A DNA stretch of 64,000 nt from Vulcanimicrobiota bacterium (GCA_963752825.1 CAVVZF010000001.1:930225-994224); one strand, 5' to 3'; positions 19,038 to 28,317 are shown, counted from the first letter of the stretch. Notes: a model not told the origin generated them from the letters alone. Made by a program: numbers and translations.

Positions 19038-20324
19038 TTATAGGCTGAGCGCCAAACCCAGGCCTCCCGCTGAGTCAGTTCCAGCGTACTTATCTTCACC
19101 AAGCGTCTTAATACGTAAAGGATTGAAGCTGATTGGCACCGGGCCGGCGACGTAGCCGCTCCGCGAAGAAGGAACGACGTGGATTGGGCTAGCGGGCAAC
19201 AACGTGTATGACGGGAACTGGAAGCCGGTGAGGCTTTCTACTACGTTCCCTTTTTCATCGTAGACGTAGATCTCGCTACCGCCCAGTAACGAGTTTGGCT
19301 GCTCGACAAGAAACAGGTGGTTAATCGGATCCGCTGCGATCGACGTGCCCGCTTGGCCTTCGCCTCCCGAATTCGGAATCTGTCCAACAAACGTTTGTTT
19401 CTGCGTCGTGAGATTGTACATCTGGACGCTGTAGGTCGACTGGGTCGTCGTGCACATCATGTGCGCCGCGGAGTCGATCGCGATGCCGGTGACCGGGCCG
19501 CTGAAAGGCGGAGCGACGAAGTTGTTGGACACGTGTCCGGTGAGAACGTCGAAGTCGATAAAGACCGTCTGCGAATGGTAGTTAGCCGCAGGCACGTAGG
19601 CATGGTGCGTGGTCGTATCCTCCGCGACGAAGTACGGGAAGTTGACGCCGTCGAGCCTCGGGGGGTGGAGATCGCGCAAGATCTTGTTGCTCGCGATGTC
19701 CGTCACGACGACTTCGAAATGCGGTGGTTTGGTGATGTCGGGTACCACGGTCGCGGCCATCACGAAGCGGGGATCGACCTGCTGGTCGGGCATGTCGACG
19801 ACTCGGAAGTCTTTTCCCGGCGGTCGAGTCCAAGTTGCGGTGATTTTATTGCCGGTAACCGGCGCCATCACATAATAGACGTCGTGCCTATGGAAATTTC
19901 GGAGGTTTACTCTTCCATCGTCGATTAGTCCGACGTCGTTCGCAGCTATCCCGTCGACGCTTAACTCGCGATTGCCTTGCTTACCGGTATTCTGCTTACG
20001 AACGACCTTCACGATCTGTGCTTTGGTCTGATTGAACGTCTCCACGACGGATTTGCTCGGCAAGGTGAGGCTCGTGACCTCGGTTAGGACTCCGTCGGTA
20101 CCGTTCTCGTCGATCGCCCAGCCGAAGATCGGTCCGCGGAACCTGCTCGTGAGAACCGGGCCGGGCCCGGCGAGACGCCCCGCCACGAACTGTCTCCCCG
20201 CGCTAGCGGCCTGCGGGCCCAGCGGCAAACCGCTTGAACCGGATCCCGCCAGCTTCGTGCAGCCCGCTGCGAGCGCGACGGCCACCAAAAGAGCGGCGCC
20301 TCTAGCCCACGGTCCGATCATCAC
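19038..20324 (-). CDS. Uncharacterised lipoprotein, 'family A' copy 2
   Basis: Lipobox AVALAAGCTK. Paralog of 15204..16415 (IFGWAIDENGTDGVLTE, MMCTTTQSTYSVQMYNL, AADPINHLFLVEQPNS, IYVYDEKGNVVESLTGFQF). Visibly lower GC than its neighbours. Confidence 0.75.
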   Translation of the reverse strand: MMIGPWARGAALLVAVALAAGCTKLAGSGSSGLPLGPQAASAGRQFVAGRLAGPGPVLTSRFRGPIFGWAIDENGTDGVLTEVTSLTLPSKSVVETFNQTKAQIVKVVRKQNTGKQGNRELSVDGIAANDVGLIDDGRVNLRNFHRHDVYYVMAPVTGNKITATWTRPPGKDFRVVDMPDQQVDPRFVMAATVVPDITKPPHFEVVVTDIASNKILRDLHPPRLDGVNFPYFVAEDTTTHHAYVPAANYHSQTVFIDFDVLTGHVSNNFVAPPFSGPVTGIAIDSAAHMMCTTTQSTYSVQMYNLTTQKQTFVGQIPNSGGEGQAGTSIAADPINHLFLVEQPNSLLGGSEIYVYDEKGNVVESLTGFQFPSYTLLPASPIHVVPSSRSGYVAGPVPISFNPLRIKTLGEDKYAGTDSAGGLGLALSL

Positions 20325-20460
20325 CCTTCCCCCTCATTGCGCAACGTGTCCGGCAACGAACGGCCGGACTACTTCAACCTTCGCGACCAAGTGTGAAGAA
20401 AGTCTAAAGCCTTACGGTCGCCGAGTGAGACAAAGTCGCGTCGGAATGGGAAATTGTGCC

Positions 20461-21132
20461 TTACATCGCCTTGCCGTCGAACGTCTCCGCGTTGAGCGCG
20501 TCCAAGAAGCGGGTGAGCTCGGCGGCGCGCTCGGCGCCGATTTGCTGCGCCGTCTTCGTGATCAGCCGGGGAGGAATGTCGCGCACGAAAGAGCGCAGGG
20601 TCTTGACGGCCCGAGCGAAGCTTTCGGCGCTCTCTCCGGTTAGCGACAGCATACGCGCGGCGCCGACGTTGCCCAAAAAGTCGAGCGAATCGGCGTCGTG
20701 CAGGACGACGGCCTCGGGCTGCGTTCCCGGATCGCTGTAGTACATGTGGCCGCGTTCGGCGGCCTGCACCGCAGGCAGCTTCTCCATGGGGAATCCGGCC
20801 GCGCGCAGGATCGCGCCGCTCTGCCGGGCGGCGCACTCGCCGTGTTCGAGCTTAGCGTCGGCGCACGGCATGAACGCCGCCATGTCATGCAGGAAGGCCG
20901 CGGCGAAGAGGACGTCGTCGTCGACGCGCAGGCCGTCGCCGCGCGCGAGCTGCATCGCGATTTGGTAGTTGCGCTCGGAGTGCTGCCATCCCCAGGCTGG
21001 ATGATGAAACTTCGCTCGGGCGAGATCGTAGATGGTCACCTTCCAGGGCGCATCGAGCGGAATGCCGGTGGCGGTTTGCGCGGGCTGCGCGACTCCGAGC
21101 GCCGCAACGGCGGCGACGTGAACTGCAAGCAT
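20461..21132 (-). CDS. HD-domain phosphohydrolase-like protein with a signal peptide
   Basis: ORF trimmed to the ATG at 21132 (MLAVHVAAVAALGVAQPAQTA). HD motifs WGWQHSERN ... AAFLHDMAAF ... VLHDADSLDF. Confidence 0.7.
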   Translation of the reverse strand: MLAVHVAAVAALGVAQPAQTATGIPLDAPWKVTIYDLARAKFHHPAWGWQHSERNYQIAMQLARGDGLRVDDDVLFAAAFLHDMAAFMPCADAKLEHGECAARQSGAILRAAGFPMEKLPAVQAAERGHMYYSDPGTQPEAVVLHDADSLDFLGNVGAARMLSLTGESAESFARAVKTLRSFVRDIPPRLITKTAQQIGAERAAELTRFLDALNAETFDGKAM

Positions 21133-21224
21133 GCGAGTACGTTCGGTGCCCACGCTGCCGAAGGCTTTTCGACGACCGGCGACCAACCTAGCATGGACCG
21201 CCTTTCGCTGCCGGAGCTAGTCGC

Positions 21225-22052
21225 ATGGAAATCGTCATCGCCGAAAAGGGCGCTTACTATTTCGAGCCGATGATCACGGCGCAGGAAGCGCGCGGCCGAG
21301 CGAGCGCGCACAAGGCGTCTGCGTTTGGAACGTTGTCCCGCATCTTCGCGCGCCCGAAAGAGGACGACATCGCGATGACCGAACAGGGGCTATGGTACCT
21401 GCCGCTGTGGCATGCCAAGGCGCATCTCCGTTTTCTTTACGATCGCAGCGAAACGTACAAGGTGCAGATAAAGACGTCCCACGTCGCCGGCGTGACGGTG
21501 GGCGAGGACGCGTATGCGGTCAAGGGCGGGACTATCGAGCTGCCGGTCGTCGAGCACTGCGAGCGCGACGAGCAACGCGAGCTGTGGCTCGACGCGCTCA
21601 CCGACCAGCCGGCCAACCCTGCCGCGTATCTCAAGGCGACAGCTCTCCCGGTCAGCCTCACCGAGTTTGCGCCCGAAGACGCGAAGGTCGTCGCGCCGGC
21701 AGTACGCGCGTCGGCCGTGATCCGGGCGCTTCTGGGCGAGGACTTTCGGCCGGCCGACGCCGACGAGATCAAGGAAGAACGCGTGAACGTCGAGTGCATC
21801 GATCTCTACCTGCGGCCGACGTTCAATTTCCAATTCGAATGGAGCGCGAAGAACAAGTCGGCGGACGTAGCGGTCGACGCCATCACCGGCGAGCTCCAGA
21901 CCCAGCCCTCGGCCGCGATGGCCGCGGTCGCGAAGCTCTTAAAGCCCGAGACACTATTCGATCTCGGGGCGGAAACGCTCAACATCATCATTCCGGGCGG
22001 CGCGATACCCTTGAAAGTCGCGAAGGCGCTCGCCGAGAAGCGCAAGACATAG
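21225..22052 (+). CDS. Hypothetical protein, no family recognised
   Basis: 275-aa ORF with good GC3 coding character and no signal peptide. Ends in an amphipathic helix, IIPGGAIPLKVAKALAEKRKT. Confidence 0.6.
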   Translation: MEIVIAEKGAYYFEPMITAQEARGRASAHKASAFGTLSRIFARPKEDDIAMTEQGLWYLPLWHAKAHLRFLYDRSETYKVQIKTSHVAGVTVGEDAYAVKGGTIELPVVEHCERDEQRELWLDALTDQPANPAAYLKATALPVSLTEFAPEDAKVVAPAVRASAVIRALLGEDFRPADADEIKEERVNVECIDLYLRPTFNFQFEWSAKNKSADVAVDAITGELQTQPSAAMAAVAKLLKPETLFDLGAETLNIIIPGGAIPLKVAKALAEKRKT

Positions 22053-22065
22053 AAGGACTCGGGCT

Positions 22066-23226
22066 TTGGGACGGACCGCCGTTATCTTCGTCGTCTTCGC
22101 CTGCGCCTCGCTGCTTTCGCGAACCGGCGCGACGCACGCGGCCGCGCGGCAGTCGGCGGCCGACCCGGCAGTCCGCCGTGCGATCGATGCCGCGGTCGAA
22201 CGGGATCGCAAGATCTACGGCGGCCGCACGCCCGTGCCCGGCGTGCTCGTCGGCGTGTGGGATGGTGCCGGCGGCAGCTACGTCCGCGCGTTCGGTTATG
22301 CCGACCGCGTCAAGAAACGCCTCCTGCAGCCCGCGGACCATTTTCGGATCGGGAGCAACACGAAAACCTTCGTCGTAAGCGTCATCTTGCAGCTCGTGGA
22401 CGAGAAGAAGCTCAGCCTCGACGACCCGATCAGCCGTTTTGCGATCGGCGTGAGGATCCCGAACGGGAAAAACATCACAATCCGCGAGCTCTGCGAGATG
22501 CGGAGCGGACTGTTCGAGGTTTACAAAGCGCCGGAGTTCGATCGCATGAACGTTACGCCGCAGATGAAGTTCGATGCGCGGACGATGGTCCGGTGGGCCG
22601 TCGCGCAGAGGCCGTATTTTCCACCGGGCACGGCTTATAACTACAGCAACACCAACTATCTCATTCTCGGCCTCATCATCGAGAACGTCACGCACGACGG
22701 CGTCGCCAACGAAATTCGCAAGCGTCTGATCGTGCCGTTCGGGCTTTCGCAGACGAGCTATCCCGACACGCAAGCCATGCCGGATCCGTGGGCGCGCGGT
22801 TATAGCCTTGATAAGCATCAGAACTGGGAGGACGTCAGCAACACGATACCCGTCTCAGTCATGGGTGCGGCGGGCACGATGATCTCCGACATGGCCGACA
22901 TAAAGCGCTGGATAACGCTGTATGTCACTGGGAAGACGAGCGCACCGGAAACGTATCGCGCGCTCGTGCAGTGTATACCCACCGGCGAGGGGAATCTCTC
23001 CTACGGTCTCGGGCTCGGATGCAGCGCCGGCTGGTACGGCTACACCGGCGGGCTGGTTGGGTACAACACGGCCGACGACTACTTTCCGCCCACCGGCGCA
23101 TTCATCGTCGCCTGGGTCGACATGCAGAACGAGAAGCCGCCGCCGGGCGTAGCGAATGCAATATTCCGGGACGTCGCGCGCATCATCACGCCGAACAACG
23201 TGCCGATGACCGGGAAGGGCCTTTGA
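22066..23226 (+). CDS. Serine hydrolase of the beta-lactamase/DD-peptidase (S12) family, secreted
   Basis: Signal-like N-terminus. SxxK motif FRIGSNTKTF, YxN motif YSNTNYLILG, and a later GYTGG. Confidence 0.8.
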   Translation: MGRTAVIFVVFACASLLSRTGATHAAARQSAADPAVRRAIDAAVERDRKIYGGRTPVPGVLVGVWDGAGGSYVRAFGYADRVKKRLLQPADHFRIGSNTKTFVVSVILQLVDEKKLSLDDPISRFAIGVRIPNGKNITIRELCEMRSGLFEVYKAPEFDRMNVTPQMKFDARTMVRWAVAQRPYFPPGTAYNYSNTNYLILGLIIENVTHDGVANEIRKRLIVPFGLSQTSYPDTQAMPDPWARGYSLDKHQNWEDVSNTIPVSVMGAAGTMISDMADIKRWITLYVTGKTSAPETYRALVQCIPTGEGNLSYGLGLGCSAGWYGYTGGLVGYNTADDYFPPTGAFIVAWVDMQNEKPPPGVANAIFRDVARIITPNNVPMTGKGL

Positions 23227-23253
23227 AACTACCGTGAAACGAGGAACATCACC

Positions 23254-23739
23254 ATGGCAAGCCAGTTAATCGTCGGCATATTCCCCTCGACCGACGCCGC
23301 CGCGTTGGAGAAAGCGCTGTCCGGCGTGCCGGGCCTCGACCGGGACCGGCTACGCATCTTCATCCCCGACAGCGGGGCAGCGGCGCCGCAAGATTCGTCC
23401 CTTCAATTTACGTTGGTGAAGCCGGACCCTGCGGAGGAGCTGTCGCCGGAGCTCTCCCATGGTACCGGCGTGATGACCGATTTCGGAGGAACCGACGTTC
23501 CGGGATTAACCGATAGCAGAGAGCAGTCGCTGAGCGATTTCGTCGACATACAGGAGTTCCCAAACTATCTCGGCTCCCTACCGATTCCCGATGACGAAGT
23601 CGACAACTATAACGAGGCTCTCGCCGAGGGCCGCAGCGTCGTCGCCTATTCGGTCGAATCGGACGCCGAGACGGCACGGCAGGCCCTGCGAGCGGCCGGC
23701 CTGCGCAACGTCGAGGCATTTGTTGTGCGCGGCGCTTAG
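23254..23739 (+). CDS. Acidic hypothetical protein
   Basis: 161-aa ORF, MASQLIVGIFPSTDAAALEKAL..., Asp/Glu-rich in the middle. No confident family assignment. Confidence 0.55.
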   Translation: MASQLIVGIFPSTDAAALEKALSGVPGLDRDRLRIFIPDSGAAAPQDSSLQFTLVKPDPAEELSPELSHGTGVMTDFGGTDVPGLTDSREQSLSDFVDIQEFPNYLGSLPIPDDEVDNYNEALAEGRSVVAYSVESDAETARQALRAAGLRNVEAFVVRGA

Positions 23740-23781
23740 CCGGCGCGCGTCAAGCTGCGTCTTCGTTCAACGCTCGTAGCC

Positions 23782-24228
23782 TTATGCGAAGCGACGGCGA
23801 TCGTCCGCGTCGACGATGTCCAGGATGAACTCTAGCTCCGGATGCTGCTCGAGTGTCGGCGCGTACTCGTTGCGGAAGAATGCTTCGTCCTCGGCGTGCT
23901 TGGGTCGAATGCGGCGCAGCGTCGCGTTGATGGCGGGATACTGCGACGGATCCGTTTGCTCGCGGAGCCACGCTGCGACCTCGTCGTCGCTCGCCGCGCG
24001 CGCGACGACCGCGAGCAGATCCGCCTCGGCAACGCCGAGCCGCTCGAGCAGATACCCTGAGATGCCCTTGATCCGGCCGTTGATGAAGTAACCGCCGGAA
24101 TCGCCGCCGGGGAGCTGCCCGCGAAGCTTGTCGATCGTGCGCGACATCAGCATGAGGCCGTCGAGCTCCACGTAGCAGCTGCGCGGCGGCCTCGTGCGTA
24201 AATCCAGCGGTTCCACGTTGTACCTCAA
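23782..24228 (-). CDS. DUF5069-like protein
   Basis: LDLRTRPPRSCYVELDGLMLMSRTIDKLRGQLPGG..GGYF matches my recollection of the DUF5069 N-terminal pattern. Confidence 0.55.
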   Translation of the reverse strand: MRYNVEPLDLRTRPPRSCYVELDGLMLMSRTIDKLRGQLPGGDSGGYFINGRIKGISGYLLERLGVAEADLLAVVARAASDDEVAAWLREQTDPSQYPAINATLRRIRPKHAEDEAFFRNEYAPTLEQHPELEFILDIVDADDRRRFA

Positions 24229-24313
24229 ACCACTGATACGAGCGAGGCTTCGCTTGCCCTCCCCCCGGACGGGTCACGCAGCCGAGCGGCGAGGCGCTAC
24301 AATCGAGGCAGAC

Positions 24314-26536
24314 GTGAGCTTCTTCGAACGGCCCGATCCGCGGTTGATCCAGAGCGCCGATCCGACGCCGGCCGGTGCCATCATCGGCGCGCTGCGGCGC
24401 CACGCAATCGCGTTCTGGGTCTGCGCCGCGGCGTCCGCCGGCGCGTATGCCGCCAACGTGGCGATGGGCCTGGACGAGGCTGCGGCGACGCGCGGGAGCG
24501 TCGTCGTTTCCGGGTTGTCGGCGCCGGCGACAATCGTCCGCGACCGTCGCGACGTGCCGCACATCAGTGCCGCGAACGATCGCGATCTCTATTTTGCGGA
24601 AGGCTACGCGCAGGGTTCGGACCGGTTGTTTCAGCTCGACTTTACGCGTCGCTACGCGTACGGGCGGCTCGCCGAGGTGCTCGGGGCGAAGGCGCTTTCG
24701 CTCGACGAGGCGCAGCGCGCGGCGGACGTCAGCGGCATCACGCGCCGCCAACTGCGGGCGCTACCGCAGAGCGATCGCGACGCACTCGCGGCGTTCAGCG
24801 CCGGCGTCAACGCGGCCGTCGCGCGTCAGCCGCTGCCCGTCGAGTTCCGCATGCTGCTCTATCGCCCGGCGCCGTGGACGCCGAAGGATTCTCTCGCGGT
24901 CGCCGTCGTTGCGTCCCTCGAGCTCGCGGACTCCTGGCACGACGTCTTTGCGCGCGACGCCCTTTGGCGCGGCGACCGCCGCTGCTACGATGACCGATTT
25001 CCGCTATCCGACCCGCGCTATGACGTGACCGTCGACGGCGTCGTCACGCGCGCCGTCTCGGCGCGCTCGCGCGTCACGCGCGAATGTAACGCGTCCGTCA
25101 CCGTCGCGGACGCGCCGCGCCGCGCCACCGGCAGCAACGCCTGGGCCGCCGGCGCACTGCGCGCCCGAAACGGGCACGCGCTGATCGCCAACGATCCGCA
25201 CCTCGACCTCACGATTCCCGGGATCTGGTACGTCGTCGAAATTCGATCGCCCGGCGTGCACGCCGCCGGCGCGACGATCCCCGGAATCCCCGGCGTCGTG
25301 CTCGGCCACAACGAGCACATCGCATGGGCTTCGACGAACGCGGACATGACGACGACCAGCGTGTTCGATGCGGGACGGCTCGACCGGCGATCGTGGGTGA
25401 CCGAGCGGTTTCGCGTGCGCTTTTCGCACGACGTAACCGCGATGTACTATCGCACGCCGCGCGAATTTTCGGTATCCGACGATAACGACCCCGGGCGCGT
25501 CGCGCTCGTGCGCTGGCCGGTCTACGCGCAGACCCGCTCGACGATCTCGACGGTGTTTGAGCTCGATCGCGCCCGGGACGTTAGCGAGGCGCTGCGCGTT
25601 CTCGCCCGCTACGGCGGGTCGCCGCAGAACTTTCTGCTCGCCGACCGCAACGGTGACGTCGCGTATCACGTGGCCGGACTCGTTCCCGACGATCCGGCGT
25701 GGGGCCGCTACGTGCATCCCGCGCGCGAGCTGCGCCGCGCCATGCCGGCGATTTCGTTCGACCGGCTTCCCCACCGCGATCCGGCGCGTGACGCGATTCT
25801 CGTGTCCGCCAACAACAAGGGCTACGGCCCGGGATATCCGTACCGTCTGTCGGCGCAGTTCGAGCCGCCCTACCGCGCCTATCGCATCGCCGCGCTCCTG
25901 CGCTCGCGCGGGGAGTACGACGTGGCGTATTTCGCGCGGATGCAGCTCGACACGCTCTCGCCCATCGACCTGCGGATCGCTCGCGGCATCGTTCGGGCCG
26001 CGCGAGAGCATTTTTCGAGCGGCGACGCGGAAGCGCTGCGGGCGCTCGGCCGATGGGACGGACGCTACGCAGCGGATTCGCGAACGGCGGCGCTCGAACA
26101 CGCTCTGCGCACTGCGCTCTACGGGGACGCGCAAGTGTTCGACACCCCCCGCGACGACCGCGACGTCAGCGGCGCGCTGGCCTTTGCCGCGCGCGAGAGC
26201 CGGCGCTGGCGCGATGCGGGCGCCACGCGCATCGATCATCCGCTCGCGCCGATGAACTTCGCGTTTCTGAACGGCGCGCTGCTTCCGGGCGCCGGCGACG
26301 AGTATACGATCCACCTGCAAGAGCCCGGGTTCGCGCAAGGTTTTCGCGCGGTCTGGGATACCGGCAATTGGGACGATGGCGGAATCGCGATCCCGAGCGG
26401 CGAGTCGGGCGAACCGGGCTCCGGTCACTACACGGATCTGACGCGCGACTGGATCGAGGGAGTGCTGCCGTCGCTTCCGTTCTCGCGCGCCGCGATCGCG
26501 CAAAACGCATCAACGGTGCTCGTCCTGCTTCCATAG
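24314..26536 (+). CDS. Penicillin acylase / AHL-acylase family (Ntn hydrolase, S45)
   Basis: ORF 24194..26536; the GTG at 24314 is preferred because it avoids overlapping the divergent gene, but the start is uncertain. Motifs: RDRRDVPHISAANDRDLYFAEGYAQGSDRLFQLDFTRR, the Ntn nucleophile context GSNAWAAG, and NDPHLDL. Confidence 0.8.
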   Translation: MSFFERPDPRLIQSADPTPAGAIIGALRRHAIAFWVCAAASAGAYAANVAMGLDEAAATRGSVVVSGLSAPATIVRDRRDVPHISAANDRDLYFAEGYAQGSDRLFQLDFTRRYAYGRLAEVLGAKALSLDEAQRAADVSGITRRQLRALPQSDRDALAAFSAGVNAAVARQPLPVEFRMLLYRPAPWTPKDSLAVAVVASLELADSWHDVFARDALWRGDRRCYDDRFPLSDPRYDVTVDGVVTRAVSARSRVTRECNASVTVADAPRRATGSNAWAAGALRARNGHALIANDPHLDLTIPGIWYVVEIRSPGVHAAGATIPGIPGVVLGHNEHIAWASTNADMTTTSVFDAGRLDRRSWVTERFRVRFSHDVTAMYYRTPREFSVSDDNDPGRVALVRWPVYAQTRSTISTVFELDRARDVSEALRVLARYGGSPQNFLLADRNGDVAYHVAGLVPDDPAWGRYVHPARELRRAMPAISFDRLPHRDPARDAILVSANNKGYGPGYPYRLSAQFEPPYRAYRIAALLRSRGEYDVAYFARMQLDTLSPIDLRIARGIVRAAREHFSSGDAEALRALGRWDGRYAADSRTAALEHALRTALYGDAQVFDTPRDDRDVSGALAFAARESRRWRDAGATRIDHPLAPMNFAFLNGALLPGAGDEYTIHLQEPGFAQGFRAVWDTGNWDDGGIAIPSGESGEPGSGHYTDLTRDWIEGVLPSLPFSRAAIAQNASTVLVLLP

Positions 26537-26567
26537 GAAGCCGCCGACGGCGTTATAACTACGCTGC

Positions 26568-27848
26568 ATGGATGCCGACGCGATCGTGATAGGCGGCGGG
26601 GCGGCCGGCCTGGCGGCCGCGCGCCATCTGGCCGAACGATCGCTGCGCGTGATCCTCCTCGAGGCGCGCGAGCGCTTCGGAGGCCGCGTATGGTCGCGGC
26701 CGGCGGCGCGCGCGACGACACCCGCGGAACTCGGTGCGGAGTTCATCCACGGCCGTGCTCGCGAAACGATGACGCTGCTGCACGAGGGCGGCACGAGCAC
26801 CATTCCCACGACCGGCGACAGCCCGTTCGACTCGGCGCCCAACATCTTCGACGTCGCGCAATCGTTGCGCGAAGACGAGAGCGTCGAGCGTTTTTTGCAG
26901 CGTTTCGAGGGCGACGAGGGGATGCGGCAGATCGCGGCGCTGGCGCGCGCATTCGTCGAAGGATTCGATGCGGCGGATCCCGCGATCGCAAGCGTGCGCG
27001 CCATCGCGGACGAGTGGAAGTCCGGCGTCGACTCGAGCAGCGCTCGGCCGCGCGGCGGATACGGACCGATGTTCGACCGTTTGATCGGCGCGTGCGTCGC
27101 CGCCGGCGCGCAGCTCTGCCGCTCGAGCGTCGTGCGAAAGATCGCTTGGCGTCGCGGGACGGTTGCGGTCGACGTATTGGACGGCGGTGAGAGGAAGACG
27201 CTCCGCGCGCGCGCCGCGATCGTGACGCTCCCGGTCGGCGTTTTGCGCCAGGCGGGCGACGAGCCCGACATCGTTTTCGAACCGCCCCTGCCGCCCGCGA
27301 AGCGGGCCGCGCTGGCCGGGATCGAGATGGGTCACGTCGTCAAGGTCGCGCTGTGGTTTAAAACGGCGTTCTGGGAGCGGGTGGACGACGGCCGCTACCG
27401 CGACGCTGCGTTCCTGTATCGCGAAGGCCAGGTGTTTCCGGCGTACTGGACGCAGTTTCCGGTGCGCAGCACGCTCGTGATCGCCTGGGCCGGCGGCCCG
27501 AAAGCGGTCGCGCTGCAGGGCCTTCCGCAGCCGGACGTCATCGAGCGCGCGCTGAGTGGATTCGGGGCTTTCCTGGAACAGCCGGAGCTCGTTCGAAAAG
27601 AATTCGAGCGCGGCCTGATGCACGATTGGAACCGCGATCCGTTCTCGCGTGGCGCGTACAGCTACGTCGCGGTCGGCGCGCTCGGCGCCCGAGCGGCGCT
27701 GGCCAAACCGTTGAACAAGACGCTGTTCTTCGCTGGTGAGGCGACCTCGACCGACGGGCAAGGCGGCACCGTGAACGGCGCGCTGCATACGGGCGAGCGC
27801 GCGGCGACGGAAGCGGCGGCCGCGCTACGCACGAAATCGAATGTCTGA
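26568..27848 (+). CDS. FAD-dependent amine oxidase (flavin monoamine oxidase family)
   Basis: Dinucleotide-binding motif DAIVIGGGAAGLAAARHLAERSLRVILLEARERFGGRV and C-terminal FFAGEATS....GTVNGALHTGERAA. Confidence 0.8.
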   Translation: MDADAIVIGGGAAGLAAARHLAERSLRVILLEARERFGGRVWSRPAARATTPAELGAEFIHGRARETMTLLHEGGTSTIPTTGDSPFDSAPNIFDVAQSLREDESVERFLQRFEGDEGMRQIAALARAFVEGFDAADPAIASVRAIADEWKSGVDSSSARPRGGYGPMFDRLIGACVAAGAQLCRSSVVRKIAWRRGTVAVDVLDGGERKTLRARAAIVTLPVGVLRQAGDEPDIVFEPPLPPAKRAALAGIEMGHVVKVALWFKTAFWERVDDGRYRDAAFLYREGQVFPAYWTQFPVRSTLVIAWAGGPKAVALQGLPQPDVIERALSGFGAFLEQPELVRKEFERGLMHDWNRDPFSRGAYSYVAVGALGARAALAKPLNKTLFFAGEATSTDGQGGTVNGALHTGERAATEAAAALRTKSNV

Positions 27849-28310
27849 GCACCCGGCGCCGTTTCTCTCGGCTTGGTTGAGCTTCTACGTGATGATCGGC
27901 TCTTCGGCCGCCGCGCTCACCGGGTTGATGTTCGTCGCGATCACGCTGGTAACGACGAACGGAGATGCCCGCGCGTCGAGTCGGGCTCGCCACGTTCAGC
28001 ACGCCGACGGTCCTCGTTGATCGGGCTGGCGGGTCTCTGCGGCGTCCTTTACCATCTGCGAGTCCTGCGGCTGGCTAGAGACATGACGCTCTACGTTCCC
28101 GACGCCGAGGACTGGGTGTGGTACTCGGTTCTTCCGTTGCTCGCGGCCTGCGCGATGCTCGGCGGCGCGGTCGCGCTCGCGTGGGCGCCGGCGCGGGCGC
28201 TCTATGCGATCGCCGCGAGCGCGCTGCTGCTGATCTTCATCGGGATCCGCAACGCCTGGGACGTCGTCACGTTCCTCGCGATGCAGGGCAACGCGCCGCC
28301 GCCATCCTAA
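27841..28310 (+). pseudogene. Frame-disrupted small multi-TM membrane protein gene (or a sequencing frameshift)
   Basis: Protein-like sequence is split over three frames. Frame 1 runs from the ATG at 27841 (it overlaps the upstream stop as ATGTCTGA) and gives MSEHPAPFLSAWLSFYVMIGSSAAALTGLMFVAITLVTTNGDARAS, stopping at 28018-28020. Frame 2 gives VGLATFSTPTVLV. Frame 3 gives LIGLAGLCGVLYHLRVLRLARDMTLYVPDAEDWVWYSVLPLLAACAMLGGAVALAW...LLLIFIGIRNAWDVVTFLAM through to 28310. Confidence 0.5.
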
Positions 28311-28317
28311 GACCGGT

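Noticed and set aside
25004-26503. 499-aa ORF antisense to the penicillin acylase gene. Similar long antisense or off-frame ORFs occur at 26559..27788, 15699..16919, 59703..60803, 45186..46346, 50553..51746, 11169..12161, 42781..43743, 61506..62579, 62317..63675, 56926..57990 and 57297..58292.
   Set aside because: Their translations are dominated by Arg/Ala/Gly/Pro/Asp with no recognisable motifs, which is typical of non-coding frames in high-GC DNA where stop codons are rare. In every case the opposite or alternative frame encodes a protein with clear family motifs.
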